In this document: positions 1 through 9,067 of the stretch, piece after piece | Position numbering within the stretch: position 1 is the stretch's first letter | How the letters are laid out: each line of letters opens with the position of its first letter | Assembly: GCA_964417945.1 (NCBI GenBank) | Contig: CAYQKH010000002.1 | Span: forward strand, 372 to 62,420 | Reading direction: 5' to 3' | Origin: an uncultured Opitutales bacterium | GTDB taxonomy: Bacteria; Verrucomicrobiota; Verrucomicrobiia; Opitutales; JABSRG01 | DNA: 62,049 bases | Made by a program: the position numbers and the translations under genes | Notes under the pieces: generated by a model | Told to the model about the DNA's origin: nothing | The model's input: the letters and a program-made list of their open reading frames with translations, nothing else | Database searches by the model: none

Positions 1-58
1 CGTTACCGCAGCTGGGATCACAAGCGATACCAATGAGGACTCGGCGTTTACTAGGCTT

Positions 59-94
59 TCGATCCCGATACCGATACCGATGCCGATGACGATG
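59..94. repeat. Imperfect hexanucleotide tandem repeat, six units (tcgatc ccgata ccgata ccgatg ccgatg acgatg)
   Basis: Read directly from the sequence. The stretch is open on both strands to the window edge, so coding strand and status are unresolved. Plus frame 2 ends at TGA 128-130 and gives ...SIPIPIPMPMTMASFNNFYSEND*. The minus strand gives (TTG)LKEAIVIGIGIGIGIESLV... and runs out of the window. Confidence 0.6.
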
Positions 95-316
95 GCTTCC
101 TTCAACAATTTCTATTCAGAGAACGATTGACGGGCACCGGTGGAGAGATTTGTCACGGTTGGACCCGTGGTAGGATACCCTTTAGCTGGAATGCTTTGCC
201 GCGATGCCCGCCTTCTCCAGGTATTGGTTTTCCGATTTTCAGGGGTTCGCCCGCCCAGTTTTGTGCAAAATCAAAGTATAACTTGATATTTACACAACTT
301 TTCCCAGGATAAAGGG

Positions 317-1474
317 ATGATTCAACGTCGCATGGCCGACACCCTGTTGGCTGCAGCCGGGGACTACCCGGTGGTCACCCTCACTGGACCCCGACAAGCG
401 GGAAAGACGACGCTGGTGCGGGCGGTGTTTCCGAACCACGGCTACTGCAATCTGGAAAACCCAGAAGTCCGGCGCTTGGCCAACGAGGATCCGAAGCAGT
501 TTTTCCACTTACACCGGGAGCCCATGATTCTGGACGAAATCCAGCGCGTGCCCGAATTGCTCTCGTGGATTCAAGTCCGCGTTGATGAGGAAAAACGCAA
601 TGGAGCCTTCATCCTTACCGGCAGCCACCAAATGCGCTTGCATGAAGCGGTCACGCAATCCCTTGCCGGTCGCACCGCCCTGCTCCGGCTCCTCCCGCTC
701 TCTATTCAGGAATTAGAGACGTCGGGCGCATCCATTGAAAAGAACGATCTCCTCTACAAGGGCTGCCTGCCCCGCATCTACGACAGTGCCCTGGACCCCT
801 CGACCGCGTATGCGAACTACTTCCGCACCTACGTCGAGCGTGACGTCCGGCAGTTGATGGAACTCCGCAACCAACAAATATTTGAAACCTTCATGCGCCT
901 GTTGGCGGGGCGTGTGGGCCAGCCCTTGAACTTGAGCAAGATGTCGGGGGATGTGGGGGTGAGTGCGACGACCCTCAAGCACTGGCTATCCATCCTCGAG
1001 GTATCTTTTGTGATATTCCGCCTGCCTCCCTACTATCGAAACTTTGGCAAGCGCCTCGTCAAGAGCCCGAAGATCTACTTTACCGAACCGGGTCTGGCCT
1101 GCTGGTTGCTGGGTATTGAATCCGCCGGGGAGGCCGCACGCGATCCCCTGCACGGCAATCTATTTGAAAATTTAGTCGTCGCGGAGGCCTTCAAGGCGCG
1201 GCTCAACGCCGGTCGGGAACCGCACCTGTATTTTTGGCAGGACAGTCACCGCAACGAGGTCGACCTGGTTTTCGAGCGTCAGCGCCAATTGATTCCCATC
1301 GAGATCAAATCCGCCATGACCTGGCATCGCGACCTGGCGGCGAACCTTCTGAAATTCCAGCGCGCGGTGCCCGATGCGCGGGCGGGTGCCGTGCTCTACG
1401 CCGGCGACCTTTTCCCGGAATTCGACTCCTACACCGTGCGCCATTTTAAAGACACCGGAGATTGCCTTTTGTAG
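317..1474 (+). CDS. AAA+ ATPase of the AAA_14/DUF4143 type (generic 'ATP-binding protein')
   Basis: Walker A GPRQAGKTTL near the N terminus. ILDEIQRVPELLSWIQ and FILTGSHQ motifs. C-terminal half has NEVDLVFE...IPIEIKS, typical of the DUF4143 restriction-endonuclease-like fold. Confidence 0.8.
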   Translation: MIQRRMADTLLAAAGDYPVVTLTGPRQAGKTTLVRAVFPNHGYCNLENPEVRRLANEDPKQFFHLHREPMILDEIQRVPELLSWIQVRVDEEKRNGAFILTGSHQMRLHEAVTQSLAGRTALLRLLPLSIQELETSGASIEKNDLLYKGCLPRIYDSALDPSTAYANYFRTYVERDVRQLMELRNQQIFETFMRLLAGRVGQPLNLSKMSGDVGVSATTLKHWLSILEVSFVIFRLPPYYRNFGKRLVKSPKIYFTEPGLACWLLGIESAGEAARDPLHGNLFENLVVAEAFKARLNAGREPHLYFWQDSHRNEVDLVFERQRQLIPIEIKSAMTWHRDLAANLLKFQRAVPDARAGAVLYAGDLFPEFDSYTVRHFKDTGDCLL

Positions 1475-1527
1475 ACCTCTTTTTACTCCCGGGCCATTGG
1501 TTCGAAGTGGCCAACCCCCTGGAACCC

Positions 1528-1782
1528 ATGTGGCAAGATGTGCAATTGCGTCCCCCTCTTTTGCCACTTCAAATTCTTAAATATATTTCTTGCTTCCTAG
1601 AAATTAAATCAACGATTACCTCAAAAGGGCAAATTACGATTCCAATCAAGGTGCGCCGACGGCTGAACTTAAAGCAGGGCGATCTCCGTGACCACCTGAT
1701 CCCCGATTTCCGAACAGAAAATGAGGCGGTGCATCCAGAGCAAATGGACATTCAAAATGAGGAAAGTGCAGTAGGATCATGA
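1528..1782 (+). CDS. ORF containing an AbrB/MazE/SpoVT-type swapped-hairpin motif; possible orphan antitoxin or remnant
   Basis: STITSKGQITIPIKVRRRLNLKQGD matches the SpoVT/AbrB signature, but the motif is not at the N terminus and has no adjacent ATG. In-frame starts are ATG 1528, TTG 1561 and ATT 1603. The stop overlaps the next gene's start (ATGA at 1779-1782). No toxin partner is present. Confidence 0.35.
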   Translation: MWQDVQLRPPLLPLQILKYISCFLEIKSTITSKGQITIPIKVRRRLNLKQGDLRDHLIPDFRTENEAVHPEQMDIQNEESAVGS

Positions 1783-2726
1783 AGCGACGAATTGCAGCCG
1801 TTACCGGAACGGGGAAGGTGGTTCTGGTGAAGGAACCTGTTCCGGAGTTAAAACCGGGTGAAGTCTTAATCCGGGTGAATTGCTCATTAATCAGCCCGGG
1901 CACGGAGGTGAGCGGGATCAAAGCAAAGCGGGAAAATCCGACCGAGGGGGCGGAACCCAAGCCGTTTGGCTACGCGAGTGCGGGCGAGGTTATTAAAGTT
2001 TGCCGGGTAGATGGGATCCAACCGGGGATGCGAGTGGCTGCGATGGGGGCTAATTACGCGATGCACACAGACTACGCTTGTGTGCCGGTGAACTTGGTGG
2101 TGCCGATTCCGGATGGATTGAGTTTTGAACAGGCCACCTATGCTTGCCTGGGTGCGACGGCCCTGCATTCGGTCCGAAGGACCGAACCACAACTCGGTGA
2201 ATACGGCGTGGTTTTGGGGATGGGCATCGTGGGAAACCTGGCAGCCCAGCTTTTGCAACTTAGTGGGGCTCGCATCCTTGGCTGGGAGTCACTGCCTAAT
2301 CGGGTGAAAATAGCCCGGGATTGCGGGATTCGTGATGTTTTGAACCTCGGGAAGGACGACCCGGTGGAATGCACTCGGCGGTTTTCCCACTTCCAGGGGC
2401 TGGATTTTGCGGTCTTCGCCTTTGGCGGAAATGGCGATGACGCCTGGAAGTCCGTGAACGCGTGTATGCAGGTCTCAGCCGATGGAAACCGGATGGGCCG
2501 GGTAACCCTATTGGGTGGAGCCCAGCTGCAGTTGATGGGCGCGGCCGGATGTGGGAACCTGGATATTCGCTCCTCGGCGCGAACGGGTCCTGGGTACCAT
2601 GACGAGGTTTATGAGCATGGGCAAGGCTACCCTGCTGGGTTCGTTCCTTTCACAACCCAACGGAATTTACGGGAAGTGATACGTTTGCTGGAAGAGAGGC
2701 GCTTGGGCGCGCACTCAAGTGCGTAA
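1779..2726 (+). CDS. Zinc-type medium-chain dehydrogenase/reductase (MDR), apparently lacking its C-terminal ~40-50 aa
   Basis: GroES-like N-terminal domain (PGEVLIRVNCSLISPGTE) and Rossmann motif (VLGMGIVGNLAAQLL). It ends abruptly at ...LLEERRLGAHSSA*, where relatives continue with a final beta-alpha unit. Confidence 0.7.
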   Translation: MKRRIAAVTGTGKVVLVKEPVPELKPGEVLIRVNCSLISPGTEVSGIKAKRENPTEGAEPKPFGYASAGEVIKVCRVDGIQPGMRVAAMGANYAMHTDYACVPVNLVVPIPDGLSFEQATYACLGATALHSVRRTEPQLGEYGVVLGMGIVGNLAAQLLQLSGARILGWESLPNRVKIARDCGIRDVLNLGKDDPVECTRRFSHFQGLDFAVFAFGGNGDDAWKSVNACMQVSADGNRMGRVTLLGGAQLQLMGAAGCGNLDIRSSARTGPGYHDEVYEHGQGYPAGFVPFTTQRNLREVIRLLEERRLGAHSSA

Positions 2727-2854
2727 CCAGGCGACTTCCAGCCCGACTACCGAGCCCGGAGGGCGACACCTCAACGAACGAAGTGAGAATAACACGCAGC
2801 AGATCGCGCATGTTGGCGAGAAGGGGAGAAATTGAAGGGATGCGGGATGGAGTC

Positions 2855-3991
2855 CTAGCGGTTGTTTGCCGTTCCCAATAAAATCATGCCCGCACCCTGG
2901 AAGACGAGGTTGGGAATCCAGAGCAGGAGGTCCGGGCGCCAGGCCGGGTTTCCCTCGACCCAGCTTGTTATGACCATTAGGAAGTTGAAGAAAAGCGCGA
3001 GGGAAAAGGCCAGTGCGAAGTTCGCATAGGTTTCCTTCCGGCCCACCTTGATCGCTAGTGGGATCGCCACCATCGCAAGCGAGAGAATCGAGAAGGAAGT
3101 CGCAAGGTTCTTATGAATTTGCGTCTGCAGACGGATGCGGAAAGGAAACTCCGCGTCGCCCGGTTCCATTCTCCGGACCCCGCTCCACTGCTCGAAGAGC
3201 TGCGCGGCGTGCAGCCGCTTGATTCGTATCTGAGAGTTCATCTGCCCAAGGATGCGATCTAGCGACAACCGGATCGGCAATTCCTCGAAAAATAGCGTCG
3301 GCATGCTCGGGTCCTTGAGGTTTTCGGGATCCTCCCCATCCCGTTGCTCGCCGGTCCCGTTGAAGAGGGTCAGAATTAAGGCGCGCTCCTCCTCCTCGAA
3401 CCGGAGAGCCCCCTCCTCCGCCCGCACGAACAATTCCACCTGGCGTTCCTCGTTGAGCTGCCAGATCCAGAAATCCCGCAATTCCGGCCCCTCCCGCCCG
3501 CCGATGTAAATCACAAAGCCGGGAAACTCCTTAATGAAAAGCCGGGGCTGAAGGTAGTTGAGCGGATTCTCCCGGATTACCTGCTCCCGGATCTGGTCAT
3601 ACTGCGCACGGGCCAGTGGCGTGTAGTAAAAATTGAAGGCCAGGGACAGCAACACTCCAAGGCCCGCGAGGGCGAAAACAGGAGCGCTCAGGTAGTAGAG
3701 GCTCAAGCCGCAGGAGCGCATCGCCGTCCATTCGTGGTTCGAGGATAAGCGGCCGAACGCGATCATGATGCCGGTCAACAAGCCCAGGGGAAGGGCGTAG
3801 GATACCGCATAGGGAACGGAGAGGAGGATCAGGCGAAAAAAGACCGGCAAGGTGACCCGACCCGCCGCCAGCAGCCCGAATAGATCCCGAAGGGCATTCA
3901 AGGCCAGAATGATGAAGACGAAGAGGGTTATCGCCAGAAGTGCCGCAAGTAAAACTTCCGAAAATATATAGCGATGCAGACGCGTCATCAC
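2855..3991 (-). CDS. LptF/LptG-family LPS export permease (YjgP/YjgQ)
   Basis: N terminus MMTRLHRYIFSEVLLAALLAITLFVFIILALNALRDL. Layout is three TM segments, a periplasmic beta-jellyroll-sized loop, then three TM segments. Confidence 0.85.
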   Translation of the reverse strand: MMTRLHRYIFSEVLLAALLAITLFVFIILALNALRDLFGLLAAGRVTLPVFFRLILLSVPYAVSYALPLGLLTGIMIAFGRLSSNHEWTAMRSCGLSLYYLSAPVFALAGLGVLLSLAFNFYYTPLARAQYDQIREQVIRENPLNYLQPRLFIKEFPGFVIYIGGREGPELRDFWIWQLNEERQVELFVRAEEGALRFEEEERALILTLFNGTGEQRDGEDPENLKDPSMPTLFFEELPIRLSLDRILGQMNSQIRIKRLHAAQLFEQWSGVRRMEPGDAEFPFRIRLQTQIHKNLATSFSILSLAMVAIPLAIKVGRKETYANFALAFSLALFFNFLMVITSWVEGNPAWRPDLLLWIPNLVFQGAGMILLGTANNR

Positions 3992-4096
3992 AAATTATTT
4001 CCTGCTACCACCGCGCGCCTGTCAATGCCCACCTCCACCGGGGGGTCCGCCGCTTCCGCTCTTGAGTTTTCGGGTCAATCCTCCGACCCTCGTCTT

Positions 4097-4672
4097 ATGC
4101 AAGACCCCCAGGATGAAGCCATTCAGATTTTTAAGGAATCCGGCGCCTTGCTTACCGGCCATTTCGTTTTACGGAGCGGCCTTCATAGCGGCCATTTTTT
4201 TCAATGCGCCCAAGTCTGCCAATACCTTGACCGGGTCACCCGCCTGGCCTCCCTCCTCATCGAAAAAGCAGGCTCGCGGGGCTTTTCCTTCCGGACAGTC
4301 ATCTCTCCCGCGATGGGGGGTCTCGTCATCGGCCAGGAGGTCGCCCGTCAGACCGGGTCCCGCTTTCTCTTTGTCGAGAAAACCGAGGACGGCCTCACCC
4401 TTCGCCGAGGCTTCAAATTGGAGCCGAACGAACCGGTCCTGATTGTCGAGGATGTCATCACCCGCGGGGGCCGCGTCGACGAAACCCTCGCCATCCTCAG
4501 GGCCAACCGCGCCGAGCCGGTCGGGATCTGGGTCCTCGTCGACCGGAGCGAGAAAAAGGCCGCTTTCGAGGCGCCCCTTGTATCCCTCGTCGAAATGAGC
4601 TACCCAACCTACCCACCCGATGCCTTGCCGGGAGAATTGGCTGCCATCCCCGTCACCAAGCCGGGCAGCTGA
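4097..4672 (+). CDS. pyrE: Orotate phosphoribosyltransferase
   Basis: GHFVLRSGLHSGHFFQC plus the PRPP-binding loop VLIVEDVITRGG. ATG 4097 is preferred over the ORF-track start at 3974, which would overlap the divergent lptF/G start. Confidence 0.88.
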   Translation: MQDPQDEAIQIFKESGALLTGHFVLRSGLHSGHFFQCAQVCQYLDRVTRLASLLIEKAGSRGFSFRTVISPAMGGLVIGQEVARQTGSRFLFVEKTEDGLTLRRGFKLEPNEPVLIVEDVITRGGRVDETLAILRANRAEPVGIWVLVDRSEKKAAFEAPLVSLVEMSYPTYPPDALPGELAAIPVTKPGS

Positions 4673-4695
4673 AAAGGACCGCAATACGCCCCGCC

Positions 4696-6180
4696 TCAGC
4701 GGTCCAGAGAGATGAATCGGTAGGCATTGCGATACCAGATGTAGGCGGTGTTGCGCCGTTCACGCAGCGCCGCTTCCACGTCCGTCAGCCGCGTTACCGG
4801 TTGCTTGTTGATCTCTACGATCACGGTGCCCGGTGCGAGCCGGTCCTGAAAATCAGAATCCTGCTCCACCGCCGTGATGAGAAGCCCTTCCACGGCCTCC
4901 GGAATGTCGAATTGCTCCCGCACGTCAGCGTTCAGAGGGGTCAACTCCACTCCTTCCAGGGGCGTTTCTGGAACCATCGCGGTAATACCCGCTTCCAAGT
5001 CCCCAAGCATGACCTCGGCCGTTCGCAGCTCTCCTTCACGGTAGTAGTCGATCAGGACTGTTGTTCCTGGGGCCGTTTGGGAAATCGTCAGGCGGAGGTC
5101 GTCCGCACCCGTTATCGGCTCACCATCCACCCCGACGATCACGTCGCCGTGCTGCAGACCCGCACGCGCGGCCGGGAGACTCGATTCAACCCGGTTGAGG
5201 ATCGCCCCTTCAAGGTTTGGCAGTTCAAAGGTCTCGGCCAGCTCGGGTGTCAGGTCCCCTGGAACCACACCCAGGAACCCGCGTTTCACCGTGCCGGTGG
5301 CGATTAAGCTGTTCATGACGTTGCGTGCCATGTTCACCGGGATCGCGAAACCGATCCCGATGTTTCCACCGCTTCGGGAGACAATCGCGGTATTAATTCC
5401 AATCAGGCGCCCCTCCGCATCGACGAGTGCGCCCCCCGAATTCCCCATATTGATCGAGGCGTCCGTCTGGATGAAGTCCTCGTAACCCCCGCCACGGATG
5501 ATGCCGAGATTCGTTCGGCCGGTTGCCGAAATGATGCCCTGTGTCACCGTCAACCCAACTTCCAGGGGATTTCCGATTGCAAAAGCGATATCTCCAACCC
5601 GGATGTCATCACTGTTCGTGGTTATGATCGACGGGAGGGGGGTCTCCGCCTCAACCTTCAAAACCGCGATGTCGGTGGCGGGATCACGGCCCACGATTCT
5701 CGCTTCGAGGCGCCGACCGTCCGCAAGACGGACTTCAATCTCATCGACCTCGCGGCCTCGGACCGTGACCACGTGGTTGTTGGTTAAAATAAATCCCCCC
5801 GAAGAGACGATCACACCTGAACCAACCCCGGAGGGCACACGGCGTTCTTCAGGCACACCTTCCGATTCTTCCTCACCCGAAGGCGGCAGGCCATAGTAAA
5901 AGCGGAGGATATCCTCCAGCGGATCTCCCGAACGTGCCATCGAGCGCTGCTCCACGATTTGTGTGGTATACACCGCGACGACCGCCGGTGTCGCCTGTTC
6001 CAGGACATCCGCATAGCTCGTCAACCGCTCACGGTTACTCCGGTCCATCGGGGAGTCGTCCACCCGGATGTCCGGAATCGCTTCGGAGGGCTCTACGGAT
6101 CCGCCCCGGTCCTGTGCGCAAAGAACAAAAGGGGCAGATAAGAGGACGGAGAGGAAAATTACTCGATGAAGGATTTGCAT
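4696..6180 (-). CDS. htrA: Do/DegP/HtrA-family periplasmic serine protease with two PDZ domains
   Basis: Signal peptide MQILHRVIFLSVLLSAPFVLCA. Catalytic motifs TNNHVV, DIAVLK and GNSGGALVD. Two PDZ-like segments. Confidence 0.93.
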   Translation of the reverse strand: MQILHRVIFLSVLLSAPFVLCAQDRGGSVEPSEAIPDIRVDDSPMDRSNRERLTSYADVLEQATPAVVAVYTTQIVEQRSMARSGDPLEDILRFYYGLPPSGEEESEGVPEERRVPSGVGSGVIVSSGGFILTNNHVVTVRGREVDEIEVRLADGRRLEARIVGRDPATDIAVLKVEAETPLPSIITTNSDDIRVGDIAFAIGNPLEVGLTVTQGIISATGRTNLGIIRGGGYEDFIQTDASINMGNSGGALVDAEGRLIGINTAIVSRSGGNIGIGFAIPVNMARNVMNSLIATGTVKRGFLGVVPGDLTPELAETFELPNLEGAILNRVESSLPAARAGLQHGDVIVGVDGEPITGADDLRLTISQTAPGTTVLIDYYREGELRTAEVMLGDLEAGITAMVPETPLEGVELTPLNADVREQFDIPEAVEGLLITAVEQDSDFQDRLAPGTVIVEINKQPVTRLTDVEAALRERRNTAYIWYRNAYRFISLDR

Positions 6181-6263
6181 GATTATTACTGGACAACTCG
6201 TCGTTGGGCGGGTTCCTCCTCCTACCGGGCATTCCGCTCCGGTGAAAAAGGGCTGTTTCGCGG

Positions 6264-7226
6264 TTAGAACCCCTTGACCTTGAATAAACCGGTCACGCTT
6301 TTGTTCCCGTGGATCCGCGCGATCGCCTCACCCAAGAGCGTTGCGACGCTCAAGACCGTAATCGGGAAATCACCGGTTTTCACCACTGTCGTGTTCGTTG
6401 TGATCAATTCGTTCAGAGAGGTTTCCGGATCGCTCAGGCGCTTACAGCCAACCGCGTTAAGCACCCCGTGCGTTACCGCCGCGGTCACGCTTTTGGCTCC
6501 TTTTTTCTTGAGAAGGTCCGCAGCCGCGCAAAGCGTCCCCGCCGTTTCCGTCATATCGTCGATCAGGAGGATGTCTTTACCCTGAACCTCCCCAACGATG
6601 TTGGAGGCCTCCACCGTTGAGGCGCTCGTCCGCCGCTTGGCCACGAACCCGAGTGGACAGTCAAGAAGATCGGCGTAAGCCGCCGCCATCTTCATCCCGC
6701 CCACATCGGGAGAAAACAGGGCGAGGTTGTCCGATCGACGGTCCTTCAGGTAGTCGAAAACGACCGGGGAGGCGTAGAGATGATCCACTGGAATGTCAAA
6801 AAAGCCCTGGATCTGTTGCGCATGCAAGTCGATCGTGAGAATGCGGTCCGCTCCGGAAGCCACGAGGAGATTGGCTACCAGCTTGGAGGTGATCGGAACC
6901 CGCGGTTGGTCCTTCCGGTCCTGCCGCGCGTATCCATAAAAGGGCAGGACTGTCGTGATCCGCGCGGCCGATGCACGGCGGGCCGCGTCAATCAGGATCA
7001 GGAGCTCCATCAGATTGTGATTGGCCGGGCTGCTCGTCGATTGAATCAGGAATACGTCCGCCCCGCGGATGTTTTCGTTGATTCGAACGAAGGTTTCCCC
7101 GTCCGGGAAACTCGTCACCGTGCATGCTCCCAACGAAATGTCGAGGTAGGTGCAGATTTCCTTTGCGAGGGGCAGGTTAGAGTTGCCCGAAAAGATCTTT
7201 AGAGGTGCTTGATGTATGGGTGTCAC
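6264..7226 (-). CDS. prs: Ribose-phosphate pyrophosphokinase
   Basis: LKIFSGNSNLPLAKEI..SFPDGETFVRINENIRGADVFLIQS and DLHAQQIQGFFDIPVDHL motifs. Confidence 0.96.
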   Translation of the reverse strand: MTPIHQAPLKIFSGNSNLPLAKEICTYLDISLGACTVTSFPDGETFVRINENIRGADVFLIQSTSSPANHNLMELLILIDAARRASAARITTVLPFYGYARQDRKDQPRVPITSKLVANLLVASGADRILTIDLHAQQIQGFFDIPVDHLYASPVVFDYLKDRRSDNLALFSPDVGGMKMAAAYADLLDCPLGFVAKRRTSASTVEASNIVGEVQGKDILLIDDMTETAGTLCAAADLLKKKGAKSVTAAVTHGVLNAVGCKRLSDPETSLNELITTNTTVVKTGDFPITVLSVATLLGEAIARIHGNKSVTGLFKVKGF

Positions 7227-7254
7227 GATATCCGCTGAATGAAGAAGGGGCCGA

Positions 7255-8307
7255 TCAGCCGCCCCCCCGAAGGCTTTCTAAAATTTCCTCCACCTTTTCA
7301 ATTCTTTTGACGAACTCGGGGAGTTTCCTTTGCAGTGCGGCAAGGCGGTTGTAGGCGTTCAGCTCCATGATCGGCATCCCCCGTACGACCTGGCCCGCCT
7401 TAACGTTTTTCGTCACATGGCTGCCCCCGGAGACCACCGCCCCATCCTCGATCGTCAGGTGGCCGGCCACCCCCGCCTGGCCGTAAATCAAGACCTTGTT
7501 CCCGACCCGCGAACTGCCGCTGACCCCCACTTGCGCGGCAATCGCTGAATGACGGCCCACCCGCACGTTGTGGGCAAGGTGCACCATGTTGTCGATTTTG
7601 GTCCCCTCCCCGATTCGGGTCTCGGAAAAACGCGCCCGGTCGATCGAACAGAGTGCACCGATTTCCACGTCCGATTCAAGGATCACCGTTCCAACCTGAG
7701 GAAGCTTCATCAGGGATTCGTCGACCGGTTCATATCCGAAGCCGTCCGAACCGATAACCACCCCACCATGCAGCCTACAGCGGTCACCCGCTTCACAATA
7801 ATCCCCGAAAACAACCTGCGGAGCGAGGTGGCAGTTCGCTCCGATTCGCGCCCACCGTCCCAAGCTGACGTGCGAAACCAGATAGGTTCCCGGCCCGACA
7901 CGGGCTTCCGGCCCAACCCAGCAAAGCGGGCCTATCGTGGCTTCAGGCGATACTTCCGCGGAGGCCTCGACCACCGCCGAGGGGTGGATTCCAGCCTCCG
8001 GCACGGGCCAAAGTCGGCTTTCGACAAGGCTGCAGATGCGGGCCAGCGCCACCGATGGCTGTTCCACCCGCGCCAGGAGCGGAACTTTCGAAGCTCCCCG
8101 CTCCATCTCCGGAGGCAGGAGGACAACCGACGCCTCACTCTGCTCAAAAGTCTCGCGGTAGCGCTCACCGGTGCAAAAGCTCAGGTCTCCTTCCCGGGCC
8201 TCCTCGATGGAAGCAATTCCTTGAAGGCCGCCCTCGTACGAACCCTCCTCACTCAATCCCTCGCCTAACAGGCTGCGGATATCCGAGAGGCTCAAGCAGA
8301 TCTTCAT
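7255..8307 (-). CDS. lpxD: UDP-3-O-acylglucosamine N-acyltransferase
   Basis: N-terminal LpxD domain followed by long hexapeptide (LbH) repeats. Conserved position next to skp and bamA. Confidence 0.92.
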   Translation of the reverse strand: MKICLSLSDIRSLLGEGLSEEGSYEGGLQGIASIEEAREGDLSFCTGERYRETFEQSEASVVLLPPEMERGASKVPLLARVEQPSVALARICSLVESRLWPVPEAGIHPSAVVEASAEVSPEATIGPLCWVGPEARVGPGTYLVSHVSLGRWARIGANCHLAPQVVFGDYCEAGDRCRLHGGVVIGSDGFGYEPVDESLMKLPQVGTVILESDVEIGALCSIDRARFSETRIGEGTKIDNMVHLAHNVRVGRHSAIAAQVGVSGSSRVGNKVLIYGQAGVAGHLTIEDGAVVSGGSHVTKNVKAGQVVRGMPIMELNAYNRLAALQRKLPEFVKRIEKVEEILESLRGGG

Positions 8308-8345
8308 AGGGCGAATGTGTGGGCCTCCTATGCCCTCGCCAAGAT

Positions 8346-8379
8346 AAAAAAATCCCGCGAAATCCGCGGGATTTTTTTT
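8346..8379. terminator. Strong bidirectional intrinsic terminator between skp and lpxD
   Basis: aaaaaaa-ATCCCGCG-aaatc-CGCGGGAT-tttttttt: a perfect 8-bp GC-rich stem and 5-nt loop, with an A7 tract on one side and a T8 tract on the other. Confidence 0.8.
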
Positions 8380-8391
8380 AAATACGGGGGC

Positions 8392-9018
8392 TTAGTCGGC
8401 GGAATCGGCGCCCGCTTCCGACTCCGGTGCGTCCGCATTAAGGATCTCCATCACCGCATCGGTGATATCCATCGATTCCACGGAATAAATCACTCCCTGG
8501 GTCGTGTTGACGACCAGGTCATAGCCCATTTCCTCGGCGTAGTCCGAAACTACCCCGCGGATAAAGATCAGGTGCCGCGTCAGGATGCTGTTCCGCCGCT
8601 CGTTGAGGTTGGCATCCGTGGTTTCCTGGTATTCGACCAACCGCCGACGCTTGGCTTCAAATTCCTGCTGGATCTGATTGAGCTGGGCCAGGGCTTCCTC
8701 GCCCGCGGAGATTACCGCCTCGTCCGAACGCGGAGTAGTGTTCTCGCCGCCCTCGATGATGGCTTGGGCCATTTCCACCTTCTGCCGCAGTTCCGGTGCC
8801 GGGGAGAGCAGGTCCTCCAACTCTTCCTGCATGATCTCGATCTCGCGGTTCGCGTTCGAGACCGAAATCGAGAATTCTTCCAGGTCCTGCTGGGCTTTGT
8901 AAAAGGCGCCAAGGAGATCGGTCATGTTCACGACCGCGATCGAGGGGCTTTGACCGGATGCGAAGGCAACCAGCCCAAGCAAGAGGAGGGAATTAAACAG
9001 ATATTTCTTCATCTTCAT
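8392..9018 (-). CDS. skp: OmpH/Skp-family periplasmic chaperone
   Basis: Signal peptide MKMKKYLFNSLLLLGLVAFASG followed by a long coiled-coil, Gln/Glu-rich body. Lies between bamA and lpxD. The ORF-track start at 9300 overlaps bamA and is rejected. Confidence 0.85.
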   Translation of the reverse strand: MKMKKYLFNSLLLLGLVAFASGQSPSIAVVNMTDLLGAFYKAQQDLEEFSISVSNANREIEIMQEELEDLLSPAPELRQKVEMAQAIIEGGENTTPRSDEAVISAGEEALAQLNQIQQEFEAKRRRLVEYQETTDANLNERRNSILTRHLIFIRGVVSDYAEEMGYDLVVNTTQGVIYSVESMDITDAVMEILNADAPESEAGADSAD

Positions 9019-9067
9019 AAGGGGTTCTTGGATTTTCATAAAAGAAATTGAGTTCACCTTGGGCATC

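Noticed and set aside
1-130. Partial CDS at the left window edge
   Set aside because: Both plus frame 2 and one minus frame are open to the edge and show similar third-position G+C by hand count (about 62% against 66%). The strand cannot be decided without the adjoining sequence, so no CDS is called.
7549-9051. Plus-strand ORFs 7549-8268 and 8317-9051, opposite lpxD and skp
   Set aside because: They are shadow ORFs antisense to well-supported genes, with Arg/His/Pro-rich translations.
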